Notes: generated by a model not told the origin, from the letters alone. Counted from the first letter of the stretch, positions 40,756-51,872 are shown. The stretch is DNA of 64,000 nucleotides from an uncultured Rikenellaceae bacterium (GCA_964639725.1 CAZXFB010000016.1:2054-66053), one strand, 5' to 3'. Numbers and translations are program-made.

Positions 40756-42057
40756 ATGTTTTCAAATCAACCGCTGGCAGAAAGATTAAGGCCAAAAGGT
40801 CTGGAGGATTTTAGCGGACAGGAACATCTTGTTGGCACAAGTGGCGTATTAAGAAAGGTTATAGAATCGGGCAATATACCATCTTTTATTCTATGGGGCC
40901 CTCCTGGGGTAGGGAAAACTACACTTGCCGGGATCATAGCCCAAAATCTTAAAAGGCCTTTCTTCCATCTAAGTGCAGTTCATTCTGGAGTAAAGGATGT
41001 AAGAGAAACTATTGATAAGGCAAAGAAACTACAATTTTTCAACCAGCCTAATCCTATTCTGTTCATTGATGAGATACACCGGTTTAACAAATCCCAGCAG
41101 GATTCACTCTTAAGTGCAGTTGAACAGGGAACCATTACACTTATTGGTGCCACGACAGAGAATCCATCTTTTGAAGTTATCTCTCCTCTCCTCTCAAGAT
41201 GTCAGGTATATGTTATGACCCCACTGGAAGAGACTGATCTTATTGAGTTATTAAAGAGAGCATTGATAAAGGATAGTTACCTGGCTTCACTTTCAATTGA
41301 AATTACAGAATATGAAGCTTTTATAAGAGTATCAGGCGGAGATGCCCGAAAATTGTATAATGCTCTTGAACTGGTTGTAAGTTCTGAGGCAGAGGAAGGA
41401 AATGCGGAAAAAATCCTCATTAATAATGAAAAAGTACTGAAACATGTCCAGAAGAACCTGGCTATGTATGATAAAAACGGGGAACAGCATTATGATATCA
41501 TCTCAGCATTTATTAAATCATTAAGGGGAAGTGACCCAAATGCATCAATATACTGGCTTGCCAGGATGGTTGAAGGTGGTGAGGATCCAAAATTTATTGC
41601 CAGAAGAATGTTAATACTTGCTGCTGAAGATATAGGTCTGGCAAATCCTAATGCCCTGCTACTGGCTCAGGCATGTTTCGAAGCTGTAAATGTAGTTGGA
41701 TGGCCTGAGTCCAGGATCATTCTGTCAGAGGCTGCACTCTACCTGGCTACTTCTCCAAAAAGCAATTCTTCCTATCTTGCAATTGACAGTGCAATTGCAA
41801 GTGTAAAGAGAGATGGAGACCTGCCAGTACCGTTGCATATCAGAAATGCTCCTACCAGGCTTATGAAGGAACTTGGTTACAGTAAAGAATACAAATATGC
41901 CCACAGTTTTGAAGGTAATTTTATTATGGATAACTTTCTGCCGGAAGAGTTAAAGGGAACTGTTTTTTATACACCTGGATCAAATCCTAAAGAAGAGGAT
42001 ATTAGAAAAAGATTATCAGGAATGTGGAAAGATATTTACAATTACAATAATAAATAG
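40756..42057 (+). CDS. rarA: Replication-associated recombination protein A (RarA/MgsA)
   Basis: PLAERLRP, GPPGVGKTT, DEIHRFNK, SAFIKSLRGSD; TACTTTTG at 40733-40740 supports ATG 40756. Confidence 0.95.
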   Translation: MFSNQPLAERLRPKGLEDFSGQEHLVGTSGVLRKVIESGNIPSFILWGPPGVGKTTLAGIIAQNLKRPFFHLSAVHSGVKDVRETIDKAKKLQFFNQPNPILFIDEIHRFNKSQQDSLLSAVEQGTITLIGATTENPSFEVISPLLSRCQVYVMTPLEETDLIELLKRALIKDSYLASLSIEITEYEAFIRVSGGDARKLYNALELVVSSEAEEGNAEKILINNEKVLKHVQKNLAMYDKNGEQHYDIISAFIKSLRGSDPNASIYWLARMVEGGEDPKFIARRMLILAAEDIGLANPNALLLAQACFEAVNVVGWPESRIILSEAALYLATSPKSNSSYLAIDSAIASVKRDGDLPVPLHIRNAPTRLMKELGYSKEYKYAHSFEGNFIMDNFLPEELKGTVFYTPGSNPKEEDIRKRLSGMWKDIYNYNNK

Positions 42058-42207
42058 AAGATCGGGATAAATTAAACTGATAGCCATAATAATAAATATT
42101 GTTATATTAAATAAGAGGTATTAAAATAATTTTCACAATAAATAATTAGCAATCAGAATTATAGTTGTCTTTAATTATGCAAAGAATAATTTTTAACTTT
42201 TTTTGAA

Positions 42208-43038
42208 ATGTTAAAATCTGGAATAAATATTCCCGGGCTGAAGTTCGGTGATACATTAAATTTTCTCCTGATTGCAGGCCCTTGTGTTATAGAAAGTGAA
42301 AGAATTGTATTTAAGACAGCAGAACATATTTTATTGCTTTCAGAAAAATACAAGTTACCATTTGTATTCAAAGCATCATACAGGAAAGCCAACAGGTCCA
42401 AATCGGATTCATTTACCGGTATTGGTGATTTAAAAGCTCTCAAAATACTTTCTGAGGTAAAAAGAGAGTTTTCAATCCCTGTTGTAACTGATATCCACAA
42501 TCCTGATGAAGCAGAGATTGCAGCCCAGTATGTTGATATCCTTCAGATACCAGCATTTCTGTGCAGGCAAACAGATTTATTGCTGGCTGCCGGAAAAACA
42601 GGGAAATGGGTAAATATAAAAAAAGGACAATTTTTATCAGGTGCTTCAATGAAATTTGCATCGGAGAAAGTGAGGGAGACAGGAAATAATAATATTATGC
42701 TTACTGACCGGGGTAACATGTATGGTTATCAGGATATTGTTGTTGATTTCAGAAATATTCCTGAAATGCAGAAATCAGGTTACCCCGTAATTATGGATAT
42801 TACTCATTCACTCCAACAACCAAACCAGGAAAAAGGAGTTTCAGGTGGAAGACCAGAAATGATTGAAACAATTGGAAGGGCAGCTATTAGCATTGGCGCT
42901 GACGGAATTTTTATTGAAACACATCCTGATCCTTCAGTTGCAAAATCAGATGGGGAAAACATGCTTAAGTTATCAGAACTTGATAATTTATTATATAAAC
43001 TTGTTACGCTAAGAAAAACCATTAATTCATTTATTTAA
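42208..43038 (+). CDS. kdsA: KDO 8-phosphate synthase
   Basis: AGPCVIE, KANRS, QIPAFLCRQT, KKGQF, DITHS, ETHPDP. Confidence 0.97.
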   Translation: MLKSGINIPGLKFGDTLNFLLIAGPCVIESERIVFKTAEHILLLSEKYKLPFVFKASYRKANRSKSDSFTGIGDLKALKILSEVKREFSIPVVTDIHNPDEAEIAAQYVDILQIPAFLCRQTDLLLAAGKTGKWVNIKKGQFLSGASMKFASEKVRETGNNNIMLTDRGNMYGYQDIVVDFRNIPEMQKSGYPVIMDITHSLQQPNQEKGVSGGRPEMIETIGRAAISIGADGIFIETHPDPSVAKSDGENMLKLSELDNLLYKLVTLRKTINSFI

Positions 43039-43060
43039 TTCAACTCTTAATAAGTACCGT

Positions 43061-43762
43061 ATGAAAAAAATGTTTCTGTTATTTTCAGGTTTCATTATTG
43101 CTTCAGTTATCAATGCTCAAACTCTTGAAGAGATTGTTAATAAATATTCTGCAGCCAATAAACTGGATAAATTAGGTAATCTGACTTCTGTGAAGATCAC
43201 AGCTAAAATGTCAATGATGGGTATGGAAGTGCCAATGGTAATGTACATGAAAAATCCGAACAAAATCAAAACAGTTACCAGTATGGGTGGTCAGGAAATT
43301 ATAAACGTTTATGACGGTGTCAAAGGTTATCTAATTAATCCAATGACTGGATCAGCGCAACCAGTTGAAATGAGTCCGGAACAGGTAAAACAAACAGTCA
43401 ATAGTAATATTTTACAGAATTATATTAAAAACTACTTCAGGAATGGTCAGCTTACACTTGTTGGTGAAGAGAAGGTAAATGAGCGACCTGCATTCAAATT
43501 GAAGGCGATGCTTGATGGTGTGAATAGTGCCTTCCTGTTTATTGACAAAGGGTCGTACCAGCTAATTAAAACCACCACTTCAGCCAGTCAGGGAGGAGTT
43601 CCTATGACAATTGATTCTTACATGACAGATTTCAGGGACAATGACGGAGTTATTCTACCTATGAAGACTACAAATTCAGCCAGTGGAATGGAATTTGTAA
43701 TTTCATTTGAAAAAGTTGAGGTAAATATACCAATGGATGACAGTATATTTAAGGTTAAATAA
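43061..43762 (+). CDS. Secreted LolA-like fold / lipoprotein-sorting family protein
   Basis: Signal peptide; TLEEIVNKY, YDGVKG, C-terminal VEVNIPMDDSIFK. Confidence 0.6.
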   Translation: MKKMFLLFSGFIIASVINAQTLEEIVNKYSAANKLDKLGNLTSVKITAKMSMMGMEVPMVMYMKNPNKIKTVTSMGGQEIINVYDGVKGYLINPMTGSAQPVEMSPEQVKQTVNSNILQNYIKNYFRNGQLTLVGEEKVNERPAFKLKAMLDGVNSAFLFIDKGSYQLIKTTTSASQGGVPMTIDSYMTDFRDNDGVILPMKTTNSASGMEFVISFEKVEVNIPMDDSIFKVK

Positions 43763-43857
43763 TGGACTTCATTTCATTCACAATAAGTTGATAATTGAAT
43801 GATTTATTGAGTACCCTCATAAATAGTAATAAGCAGGGATTGGAAGTTAGAAAAAAT

Positions 43858-43888
43858 AAAAGAGACGGACTAATTGCCCGTCTCTTTT
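43858..43888. terminator. Bidirectional intrinsic terminator (rnpB and 43061-43762)
   Basis: AAAAGAGACGG...CCGTCTCTTTT. Confidence 0.8.
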
Positions 43889-43891
43889 AAG

Positions 43892-44271
43892 GCAGCGGAT
43901 CTATAAGCCGGTTTCTGTATCCTGTTCCTGTATCTGCAAAAGAAATTGGAACCGGTTTCCATCATTTATCTTGTCCAGCCATCACTGACTGGATCATACG
44001 ACCCACCCCCCGGCAACGTACGAGCAGTACTTAAAGCCGGTATACATGGTCTTTCAGCCCATAAGGTGTACGGCTCATGATGTTACCACCATGACCGGTA
44101 AGCTCTTACCTCACCTTTTCACCCTTTTCCATGACACAATTGTCAGGGATGGTTATTTTCTGTTACACTACTATACCCTTACGGATATCTTCCGGTTAGG
44201 AAATATGGTGCTCTGTGCTGCCCGGACTTTCCTTACTCCGCTAATCGGAGCACGATGGAACAACCTGCTGC
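43892..44271 (-). ncRNA. rnpB: RNase P RNA
   Basis: Minus strand AGGAAAGTCCGGGC and 3' ACAGAAACCGGCTTA (P4); P1 GCAGCAGGTT/GATCCGCTGC; TACCTTTG -7 element at 44283-44276. Confidence 0.95.
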
Positions 44272-44371
44272 GCAACAAAGGTAATAAATATGTTGTAAAT
44301 TGAAGTCAGACTTTAATTTTGGTTACTTTTGCCGATATTTTAAAAGGGATAAGTGAAAAACTGAGGATTTT

Positions 44372-45580
44372 ATGATAAATATTGACCTTGGAGAATATAA
44401 CTATAATCTGCCGGAGGAAAGGATAGCACAGTACCCTGTTGGGGAAAGGGATTTATCAAAATTATTGTTATATAAAGGTGGAAAAGTCTCAGAAGACATT
44501 TTCAGGAATATTGACAATTACCTTCCACCGGAATCACTTCTTGTGTTCAACAATACAAGCGTAATAAAAGCAAGAATTCTGTTCAGAAAAACTACAGGTG
44601 CAGCTATTGAGGTTCTATGCATTGAACCAATAGCTCCATTGGATTATATGAGTGCATTTATATCAGGAACTCCTGTAGTGTGGAAATGTATTGTCGGAAA
44701 TCTCAAGAAATGGAAAAACGGTTCAGTCTCTAAACCCTTTATGTATAATGGTAAGCAGTATGAACTCAAAGCAGAAAAGCTTCACCAATACAACGATGCA
44801 TGGAGTATCCGGTTCAGTTGGAACTGCAATGAAATAAATTTTGGAGAAGTAATTGATATTGTTGGACATGTGCCTCTCCCTCCATATATAAACAGAGAGG
44901 ATGGGGAGGAAGATACTAAAAGGTACCAGACCGTTTATTCATGTTATAAGGGATCAGTGGCAGCCCCTACCGCCGGATTACACTTTACAAAAATGAATCT
45001 TGACCGGTTACAGGTAAAAGGAATAAAAAGGGCAGATTTGACCTTGCATGTAGGTGCAGGTACTTTTCAACCAATAAAAACAGAAAACATCACAGATCAC
45101 CAGATGCATAATGAACACTTTTTTGTTTCTGACAAAACTGTTAAAATGCTTATTGAAAACCTTGGCAATGTAATTCCAGTAGGAACAACCTCTGTCAGAA
45201 CAATTGAGAGTCTATACTGGTTGGGAGTAAAAACCTTAACTGCTGACCAGGTCTTTGAAAGTGATCTTAAATTGGAGCAGTGGGAACCTTACAGGATGAA
45301 GGCAACGATCAATCCGGCTGAGGCGCTGGAATCTTTACTGGAATTAATGAAAAAGAGAAATACTACTTCGATAGATGCATCAACAAGTATAATTATAGTT
45401 CCGGGATATAATTTTAAAATAATTAACGGAATGATCACTAATTTTCATCAACCCCGCAGTACACTCCTGCTTCTTATTTCAGCCTGGGTTGGACAAGACT
45501 GGAAAAATATTTACAGTTTTGCCCTTGATAGGAAATTCAGGTTCTTAAGTTATGGCGATTGCTCTCTGCTACTGAAATAA
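44372..45580 (+). CDS. queA: S-adenosylmethionine:tRNA ribosyltransferase-isomerase
   Basis: YNLPEERIAQYP, PLPPYI.R, RYQTVY, AAPTAGLHF, TNFHQP, FLSYGD. Confidence 0.95.
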   Translation: MINIDLGEYNYNLPEERIAQYPVGERDLSKLLLYKGGKVSEDIFRNIDNYLPPESLLVFNNTSVIKARILFRKTTGAAIEVLCIEPIAPLDYMSAFISGTPVVWKCIVGNLKKWKNGSVSKPFMYNGKQYELKAEKLHQYNDAWSIRFSWNCNEINFGEVIDIVGHVPLPPYINREDGEEDTKRYQTVYSCYKGSVAAPTAGLHFTKMNLDRLQVKGIKRADLTLHVGAGTFQPIKTENITDHQMHNEHFFVSDKTVKMLIENLGNVIPVGTTSVRTIESLYWLGVKTLTADQVFESDLKLEQWEPYRMKATINPAEALESLLELMKKRNTTSIDASTSIIIVPGYNFKIINGMITNFHQPRSTLLLLISAWVGQDWKNIYSFALDRKFRFLSYGDCSLLLK

Positions 45581-45674
45581 TAAAGGTTATTTTCTTTTTA
45601 AGATTATATATATCTTTTATTTCTTTGTTTATAGGTTGATTTTTTGTTTATTTGGCACCTAAATTTTATTCGTT

Positions 45675-45908
45675 ATGAATGAGAACAGAATAATGGATCA
45701 GTTCACCGCAATTTTTTCAATTTTTATGGTTTTATTTTATATTGGGGTTGGCTGTTATCTATTATTTTTTGCAGATATGAGTTATATAAATAAATCCCTG
45801 CGTGTAATAATGGGTTCAACATTTATCTTTTATGGCATTTACAGGGCATACCGAGGATATTTAAAAATTGTTGAGGTTTTCTTTACTGATAATAAAGACA
45901 AGGACTGA
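45675..45908 (+). CDS. Small two-TM membrane protein
   Basis: Two hydrophobic helices, YGIYRAYR motif; lies upstream of the PstS-like gene. Confidence 0.65.
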   Translation: MNENRIMDQFTAIFSIFMVLFYIGVGCYLLFFADMSYINKSLRVIMGSTFIFYGIYRAYRGYLKIVEVFFTDNKDKD

Positions 45909-46106
45909 ATCACTTTTTTTTTACACCTGGAAAATAAAAAAAAAGGATTATTCACTTTTAACAGAGCCTTGGCATATACTTTGCAGTAATGCAAATAGTA
46001 TATTTTAAACTTTAACATAATTTTTTTGACTATGAAATTAGTTGCGGTTATTCAAAATTTTATTATTATTGCGTTCCGGATTAAATTTTACAGAACCAGA
46101 TCAATA

Positions 46107-47066
46107 GTGAGAAAACATATTCTACATAGTTTCTATACAGGTACACACTTATTCACGGTACTTTCTCTGGTTTTTTTTGTTTCCTGCAAAACCGGTGGAA
46201 AACAGGAGTTAAATGAAACTCCTACCCGTGGAAACATAACTATTTCAGTTGATGAGTCATTTCAACCACTTATAGATACAGAGATTTTTACTTTTACTCA
46301 TTTATATAAGTCTGCAAATATTAAACCTGAATATAAACCTGAGTATGATGTTATAAATGATTTTATGAATGACTCAGTAAGGAATATGGTAACCAGTAAG
46401 AAACTCTCTGATTATCAGATACAGATACTGCGTGATTCACTTTTTATTGCACGGACCACAACATTTGCTTATGATGCACTTGCCCTAATAATTAATAAAG
46501 AGAACACTGATACTCTGATTAAGTACACTACAATACAAGATCTGTTTCTTGGTAAAATCAAAAGATGGAAGGAGATTAATCCAAAATCGAAACTAAGTAA
46601 AGTAAGTGTTATTTTTGATAATACAAGATCGGGGAATATTCGTTATTTTAAAGAACTATTTGAAATTAAAGATACTCTTGGTGAAAATTTCTTCGCAGTA
46701 AAAAGCAACCAGGAAGTAATTGAATATATTTCAAAAAATCCAGATGCTTTAGGAATCATCAGTGTAAACTGGATTAGTGATAAAGATGATTCATTGAGCA
46801 GAAGTTTTATTAACAGAGTAAACGTAGTGGCTGTATCACAGAAATACATTAATGATGGATATTATTACAGGCCGCTTCAGGGATCAATTTATGACAAGTC
46901 ATATCCTTTTGTCAGGGAGATATACCTGGTATCGCGGGAAACATTTCCCGGATTGGGATCAGGATTTATTCAATGGGCAACAGCAGAACAGGGACAGAGA
47001 ATAGTACTTAAATCAGGTCTTGTACCGGCAACAATGCCGATAAGGCTGGTGCAAATCAGAAAATAG
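46107..47066 (+). CDS. PstS-like (PBP2 fold) substrate-binding lipoprotein
   Basis: Lipobox FVSC; GNITISVDESFQP, FAYDALALI, YPFVREIY, GQRIVLKSGL; GTG 46107 chosen, start uncertain. Confidence 0.8.
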   Translation: MRKHILHSFYTGTHLFTVLSLVFFVSCKTGGKQELNETPTRGNITISVDESFQPLIDTEIFTFTHLYKSANIKPEYKPEYDVINDFMNDSVRNMVTSKKLSDYQIQILRDSLFIARTTTFAYDALALIINKENTDTLIKYTTIQDLFLGKIKRWKEINPKSKLSKVSVIFDNTRSGNIRYFKELFEIKDTLGENFFAVKSNQEVIEYISKNPDALGIISVNWISDKDDSLSRSFINRVNVVAVSQKYINDGYYYRPLQGSIYDKSYPFVREIYLVSRETFPGLGSGFIQWATAEQGQRIVLKSGLVPATMPIRLVQIRK

Positions 47067-47267
47067 AAAGTGAATAACAGGTAAGAGAGATAAAGAGATT
47101 GAAAGTAGATTACTGAGTAAATATTTTTCGCCTGCGGGTAAATTCAGTGTTGAACAAGATTGCAGGGGTGGCTTTAAAATAAAAGAGTAAAGAGAAAAGA
47201 GATAATAATAAAAATTGAAAATAAGAATTAAATTTATAAACCTTTATTGAATTCAAATAAAAAAGCT

Positions 47268-49511
47268 ATGAAACGTTCAATTTTAAAACAGGTCGTTGTT
47301 CTTACAGGATTGTTTACCTTAATTGTGTGTAGTATCCGGGCCCAGGATCTGAATAACGCAATCCAATTAACAAGGAGTGAACAATATGATAAAGCTGAAG
47401 CAGTATTACAACAGCTTATTCAGAAAGAACCGGCTAACAGTAAAAACTATTTTTATCTCGGTGAGAATTATCTTTTGGATTACTTTGCTGATACAATTTC
47501 CAATTCATTGACTGTAGCTTTAAAAGCAGCAAAAGAAATTTATCAGAAAGGTATTAATGCAAATCCAAATGATCCCCTTAACTATATTGGTCTTGCCAAG
47601 GCTGCTTTCTATGAAGGAGACGATAAAACTGCCTCTGAAATGCGTATAAAAGCCAAGAGTTTTTTATTACCGTATAAAAATATTAAGAAGATCAATCCAC
47701 CTGCCAAGGATTACGCTTTTACTCTGGCCAAGATAGCAGAATCTTATATAAAGGAGGGAGATGTTGATACTTCAATTGCTCTTCCACTGATCAGGGAAGC
47801 AATTAAAATTGATAATAAAAACCGTGATATCTTTTTAATTGCAGGAGATATTTATATCCTGGCTACTGATGGGTCAAATGCAATACAGAATTACAAGCTT
47901 GCACAGTTTGCAGATCCACAGTCTCCTACTGCAGCAATGAAGATAGGTTATATATATGTCAGAGGAAAAAACCTCTCTGTGGCTATACCAAATTTCGAGG
48001 AGGCAATAAGTCTGAATGCTAACTATGCTCCGGCTTACAGGGAGTTAGGACAGGTATACTGGCTGGCTGGCCGGTTAGAACAATCCAAGGCCAACTTTAA
48101 GAAATATCTGGAACTTACAGAAGGCAATGTTCCTGCAAAAACCAGGTATGTTAACTCACTTTTCTATGCCGGTGATTATGATGAAGTAATCAAAAATGTT
48201 GAAGAGATTCTGGCGGTTGACAAATCACGATCATACATGAATCGTCTTGCAGGTTATTCGAGCTTTGAAAAGAAAAATGCTGATTATGATAAGGCACTGT
48301 TATATATGGAAGAACTTTTTAAAACAGTACCTGTTGAGAGAATTCTTTGGAAAGATTATCATTATATGGCAAGGATACTACTTAAGAAGAATCAGAATTA
48401 TCCAAAACTGGTTACTGAGCTTTCAAATCTCGAGCAGCAGCTTGATCGTGAAAAGTCAAGGTCTTCTTCTGCATCCAATGCTGCTGAGAGAGCAAAATAT
48501 AAGGTTACAATTGATGACCTTACCGGGAAAGTAAATAATCTGAAGAAAGAGATAACAAAAGCGGATATTGAGATTGACAGGGCATTCGGAGAGTATCAGA
48601 AAGTGCTTAATCTTAAGCCACAGGACAAAAACCTTCTCAGCGAAATTGCCAGTAACTATTACACATACAGGAGGTATGAGGGAGCTGCCAGAACATGGAG
48701 TAAGCTTATCGATCCGAATAATGAAAAGATGGAAGACTATATGCAGATCGGAAGAGCATATTACAATGGCGAGAAATATAAAACAGCTGATTCAATATTC
48801 AATCTGGTTGTTAAAAAATCTCCTTCCTATATTCCTGCCTATCTTTACATGGCCCGTACTTATTCAAAGATGGATCCTGACACAAAACTGGGACTTGCAA
48901 AACCTAAGTTTGAAAAGATGATTGAGATAGCAAAGACTGATTCGGTAAAATATGATAATGAATTAATGGAAGCATATGGATACTTAAGTTATTATCATAT
49001 GATGAACGACAACTATAGTGAATCAAAGGATTATTATACCAGGATGATTAATCTTGATGCCAACAATAAGGATTACAAGATCAGAGGATATAACGGACTT
49101 GGAAGTTTGGATTATAATATGGCAGGCAAGGAAAAAACTATTGAAGGAAGACTGCCTTACCTTGCAAAAGCACAAGATTCATATAATAAGACACTTGCAT
49201 TGGATCCAAATAATGCCTCAGCAAAGAATATGCTTAAAGTTGTCCAGGATTTTGAAGCCCAGGTAAAGAAAGGTATCAATCCTAATGAAATCAAAGGAGT
49301 AGTAAAAAATTCAGCTGGAGCTCCGATTGCCTATGCATCAATAAGGGTTAAAGACACTGCTGTTGAAAACTATTCAAATGCAAAAGGTGAATATAAATTT
49401 GAGATTCCGCAGAGTTCTGAAATTCTGTTAATCACTGCCAAGGGATACAAGGCAAAAGAAATTCCAATAACTAAGGTTCAGAGAACATATAATGTGGTAC
49501 TTGAACAATAA
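47268..49511 (+). CDS. Secreted TPR-repeat protein with C-terminal CarboxypepD_reg-like domain
   Basis: Signal peptide, many TPR-like repeats, C-terminal IKGVV..GAPIAYASI..GEYKF..ITAKGY. Confidence 0.85.
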   Translation: MKRSILKQVVVLTGLFTLIVCSIRAQDLNNAIQLTRSEQYDKAEAVLQQLIQKEPANSKNYFYLGENYLLDYFADTISNSLTVALKAAKEIYQKGINANPNDPLNYIGLAKAAFYEGDDKTASEMRIKAKSFLLPYKNIKKINPPAKDYAFTLAKIAESYIKEGDVDTSIALPLIREAIKIDNKNRDIFLIAGDIYILATDGSNAIQNYKLAQFADPQSPTAAMKIGYIYVRGKNLSVAIPNFEEAISLNANYAPAYRELGQVYWLAGRLEQSKANFKKYLELTEGNVPAKTRYVNSLFYAGDYDEVIKNVEEILAVDKSRSYMNRLAGYSSFEKKNADYDKALLYMEELFKTVPVERILWKDYHYMARILLKKNQNYPKLVTELSNLEQQLDREKSRSSSASNAAERAKYKVTIDDLTGKVNNLKKEITKADIEIDRAFGEYQKVLNLKPQDKNLLSEIASNYYTYRRYEGAARTWSKLIDPNNEKMEDYMQIGRAYYNGEKYKTADSIFNLVVKKSPSYIPAYLYMARTYSKMDPDTKLGLAKPKFEKMIEIAKTDSVKYDNELMEAYGYLSYYHMMNDNYSESKDYYTRMINLDANNKDYKIRGYNGLGSLDYNMAGKEKTIEGRLPYLAKAQDSYNKTLALDPNNASAKNMLKVVQDFEAQVKKGINPNEIKGVVKNSAGAPIAYASIRVKDTAVENYSNAKGEYKFEIPQSSEILLITAKGYKAKEIPITKVQRTYNVVLEQ

Positions 49512-49685
49512 TTATTGTTTATAATTACAAAGCAAAATAATTTAGGAGTACAGATGATAATAAAGATCAATTAATTAAGATAATTAATCTAAATAAATCA
49601 AATATTAGTTGCTCTATTGGAAAAGAATAATTCAAAGTATATATTTGCAAATCGTAAAATCTTAAACCTAAACAAATCGATAAAA

Positions 49686-50504
49686 ATGAGTAAACAAGGA
49701 AGTTCGTTCAAAGATGCGTTGCAGAACATATTTGCAACTAGTGCTATTTTAATAGCTTTTATTGTATCCTATATTTTGTTTGTGCAAATTATGGGTAATC
49801 CGGTTAACTTCGAAGGTGGAAATCCCAAAGGAGCTGCACTGGAAGGTAACTATCTGGGAATTATATACAAAGGTGGTTATATTGTTCCTATCCTTATGAC
49901 ATGCGTTCTGGTACTTCTCATCTTTATGTTTGAGAGAGCAATTACCCTTTCAAGAGCAAAAGGAAAAGGCAGGTTAAACACATTTGTCCGTACTCTTCAG
50001 GGCCTTCTTGCAGAAGACAAGATTGAAGAAGCTATGGAAGCTTGTGATAAGCAAAAAGGTTCACTTGCAAATGTTATGAAAGCTGGTCTGTTACGTTATC
50101 GTGACCTCCAGAAAGACAAAGACTTGGAAAAAGATCAAAAGATCTTATCAATCCAGAAATCATTTGAAGAAGCTACAGCTCTTGAGTTACCAATGTTATC
50201 AAGAAACATGGTAATATTCTCCACACTGGCTTCAATCTCAGTGTTAATCGGTCTTATTGGTACAGTACTCGGAATGATCCGTGCATTTGCTGCTCTTGCC
50301 CAGGCAGGCGCTCCTGATGCTCTTGCTCTTGCAACTGGTATTTCTGAAGCACTTATTAATACAGCATTTGGTATCACAGGATCAACACTTTCAATTATTG
50401 CCTTTAATTATTTTTCATCAACAATCGACTCTTATACATTTAAGATTGATGAAGCAGGCTTTAGTCTGACACAGACTTTTGCTGCATCACTGAAGGCAAA
50501 CTAA
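49686..50504 (+). CDS. exbB: MotA/TolQ/ExbB proton channel protein
   Basis: GLIGTVLGMIRAF, GISEALINTAFG; TATATTTG -7 at 49640-49647 supports ATG 49686. Confidence 0.92.
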   Translation: MSKQGSSFKDALQNIFATSAILIAFIVSYILFVQIMGNPVNFEGGNPKGAALEGNYLGIIYKGGYIVPILMTCVLVLLIFMFERAITLSRAKGKGRLNTFVRTLQGLLAEDKIEEAMEACDKQKGSLANVMKAGLLRYRDLQKDKDLEKDQKILSIQKSFEEATALELPMLSRNMVIFSTLASISVLIGLIGTVLGMIRAFAALAQAGAPDALALATGISEALINTAFGITGSTLSIIAFNYFSSTIDSYTFKIDEAGFSLTQTFAASLKAN

Positions 50505-50548
50505 TTTAGAATTTATCTTTTGGTTATAAACATAAAATAAAAACTACA

Positions 50549-51187
50549 ATGCCAAAGATTAAATTACCGACAAAGTCGCCTCATATCGACATGACGCCGA
50601 TGGTTGACTTATTCTCAGTAGTATTGACATTCCTTATGTTAACTACTACCATGAGGCAACCTGAACCTGCTCCTGTTGATACGCCCTATTCTATATCAGA
50701 AAAACCGACACCTGATTTTAATATGATGACGTTCCTTTTGTCAGTTGATGATAAAGTATTTCTCAATATGGATAACGGACCCGATACTCTGTTAAAATAC
50801 AGACCTAAGATTCTGGAGGAGATGGGAAAAAGATACGGTATTGAATTTACTCCGACAGAATTGCGGGAGTTTGAGAAATATCCATCCTCAATTGGAGTCC
50901 CGATACTTAAAATGAAGGAATTTTTATCAGCAAAAGATGCAAAGGATAAAGCTGTCTTTCAAACCGGTATTCCTATTGATTCAGCTGATAACCAGCTTGC
51001 AATGTGGATCCTGTATACACGTCAGGTAAATCCGAATGTTCAGGCTTGTTTAAAAGGAGACTCTAAGACAGGATTCCAGATAGTTGAAAAAGTTCTGGAC
51101 ATACTTCAGGATAAAAACGTTAATAAGTTTAATCTGATAACAAGTCTTGAAGCAGCTAAAATAAACCTTGAAGAAATACAAAAGTGA
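50549..51187 (+). CDS. exbD: ExbD/TolR family protein
   Basis: IDMTPMVDL..FLMLTT. Confidence 0.9.
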   Translation: MPKIKLPTKSPHIDMTPMVDLFSVVLTFLMLTTTMRQPEPAPVDTPYSISEKPTPDFNMMTFLLSVDDKVFLNMDNGPDTLLKYRPKILEEMGKRYGIEFTPTELREFEKYPSSIGVPILKMKEFLSAKDAKDKAVFQTGIPIDSADNQLAMWILYTRQVNPNVQACLKGDSKTGFQIVEKVLDILQDKNVNKFNLITSLEAAKINLEEIQK

Positions 51188-51188
51188 T

Positions 51189-51854
51189 ATGGCAGAAATA
51201 ATTCAAGAGGAAAAAGCAGGCGGGAAGAAGAAAGCCAAAAAGCACGCACCGCATATTGATATGACACCGATGGTTGACCTAATGTGTCTGCTCATCACAT
51301 TTTTTATGTTAACTACCGCTTTCAGCAAGGCTAAGATTATGGAGATAAATCTTCCGGAGAAGATCAAGGATCCTAATGCTGACCCTCCAAAGATTTCAGC
51401 AAGTCGTACCCTGAATATCATACTGGGTCAGGATAATAAGATTTACTGGTACCCCGGAGTTGTTAAGCCTGAGGAATTTAATAATCTACCTCCACTTCAG
51501 GAAACAGACTTTAGCGCAACAGGTATTCGCTCGATGCTTCTGGAAAGAAACAGAACTTTGTTTAAAAAGATTGATGATTTTAATAAGGATGTTATTTCCG
51601 GGAAAATCAACATTAAGCAAGATTCGGTTCAAGGAGCAATAAAGCAGCTTAAGAAAGATGACGACACTGGTCCCATTGTTCTTATCAAAGCCTATAAGAA
51701 AGCAAATTACGGTAACTTCGTTGATATTCTGGATGAGATGAATATTTGCGGAATAGCCCGTTATACGTTTGTTAAAATAGCCTGGTACGAAGAAAAGATG
51801 GTGGAAACAGCCTCTGGCATACCTTCCGCTACTACAACTTCAGCCAGAAATTAA
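51189..51854 (+). CDS. exbD: ExbD/TolR family protein (second copy)
   Basis: IDMTPMVDL..LLITFFMLTT; VDILDEM. Confidence 0.9.
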   Translation: MAEIIQEEKAGGKKKAKKHAPHIDMTPMVDLMCLLITFFMLTTAFSKAKIMEINLPEKIKDPNADPPKISASRTLNIILGQDNKIYWYPGVVKPEEFNNLPPLQETDFSATGIRSMLLERNRTLFKKIDDFNKDVISGKINIKQDSVQGAIKQLKKDDDTGPIVLIKAYKKANYGNFVDILDEMNICGIARYTFVKIAWYEEKMVETASGIPSATTTSARN

Positions 51855-51872
51855 CCCGTAAACCTTGAAAAA

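Noticed and set aside
42085-42112. dif-like CATAATAATAA-ATATTG-TTATATTAAAT
   Set aside because: Lacks the conserved G of the XerD arm and the XerC arm is low-complexity
44046-44303. 85-aa ORF on the + strand
   Set aside because: Antisense to the RNase P RNA gene; no protein features
47123-47170. Possible hairpin CCTGCGG...TTGCAGG upstream of the TPR gene
   Set aside because: Short, wobble-rich stem with no recognisable riboswitch motif
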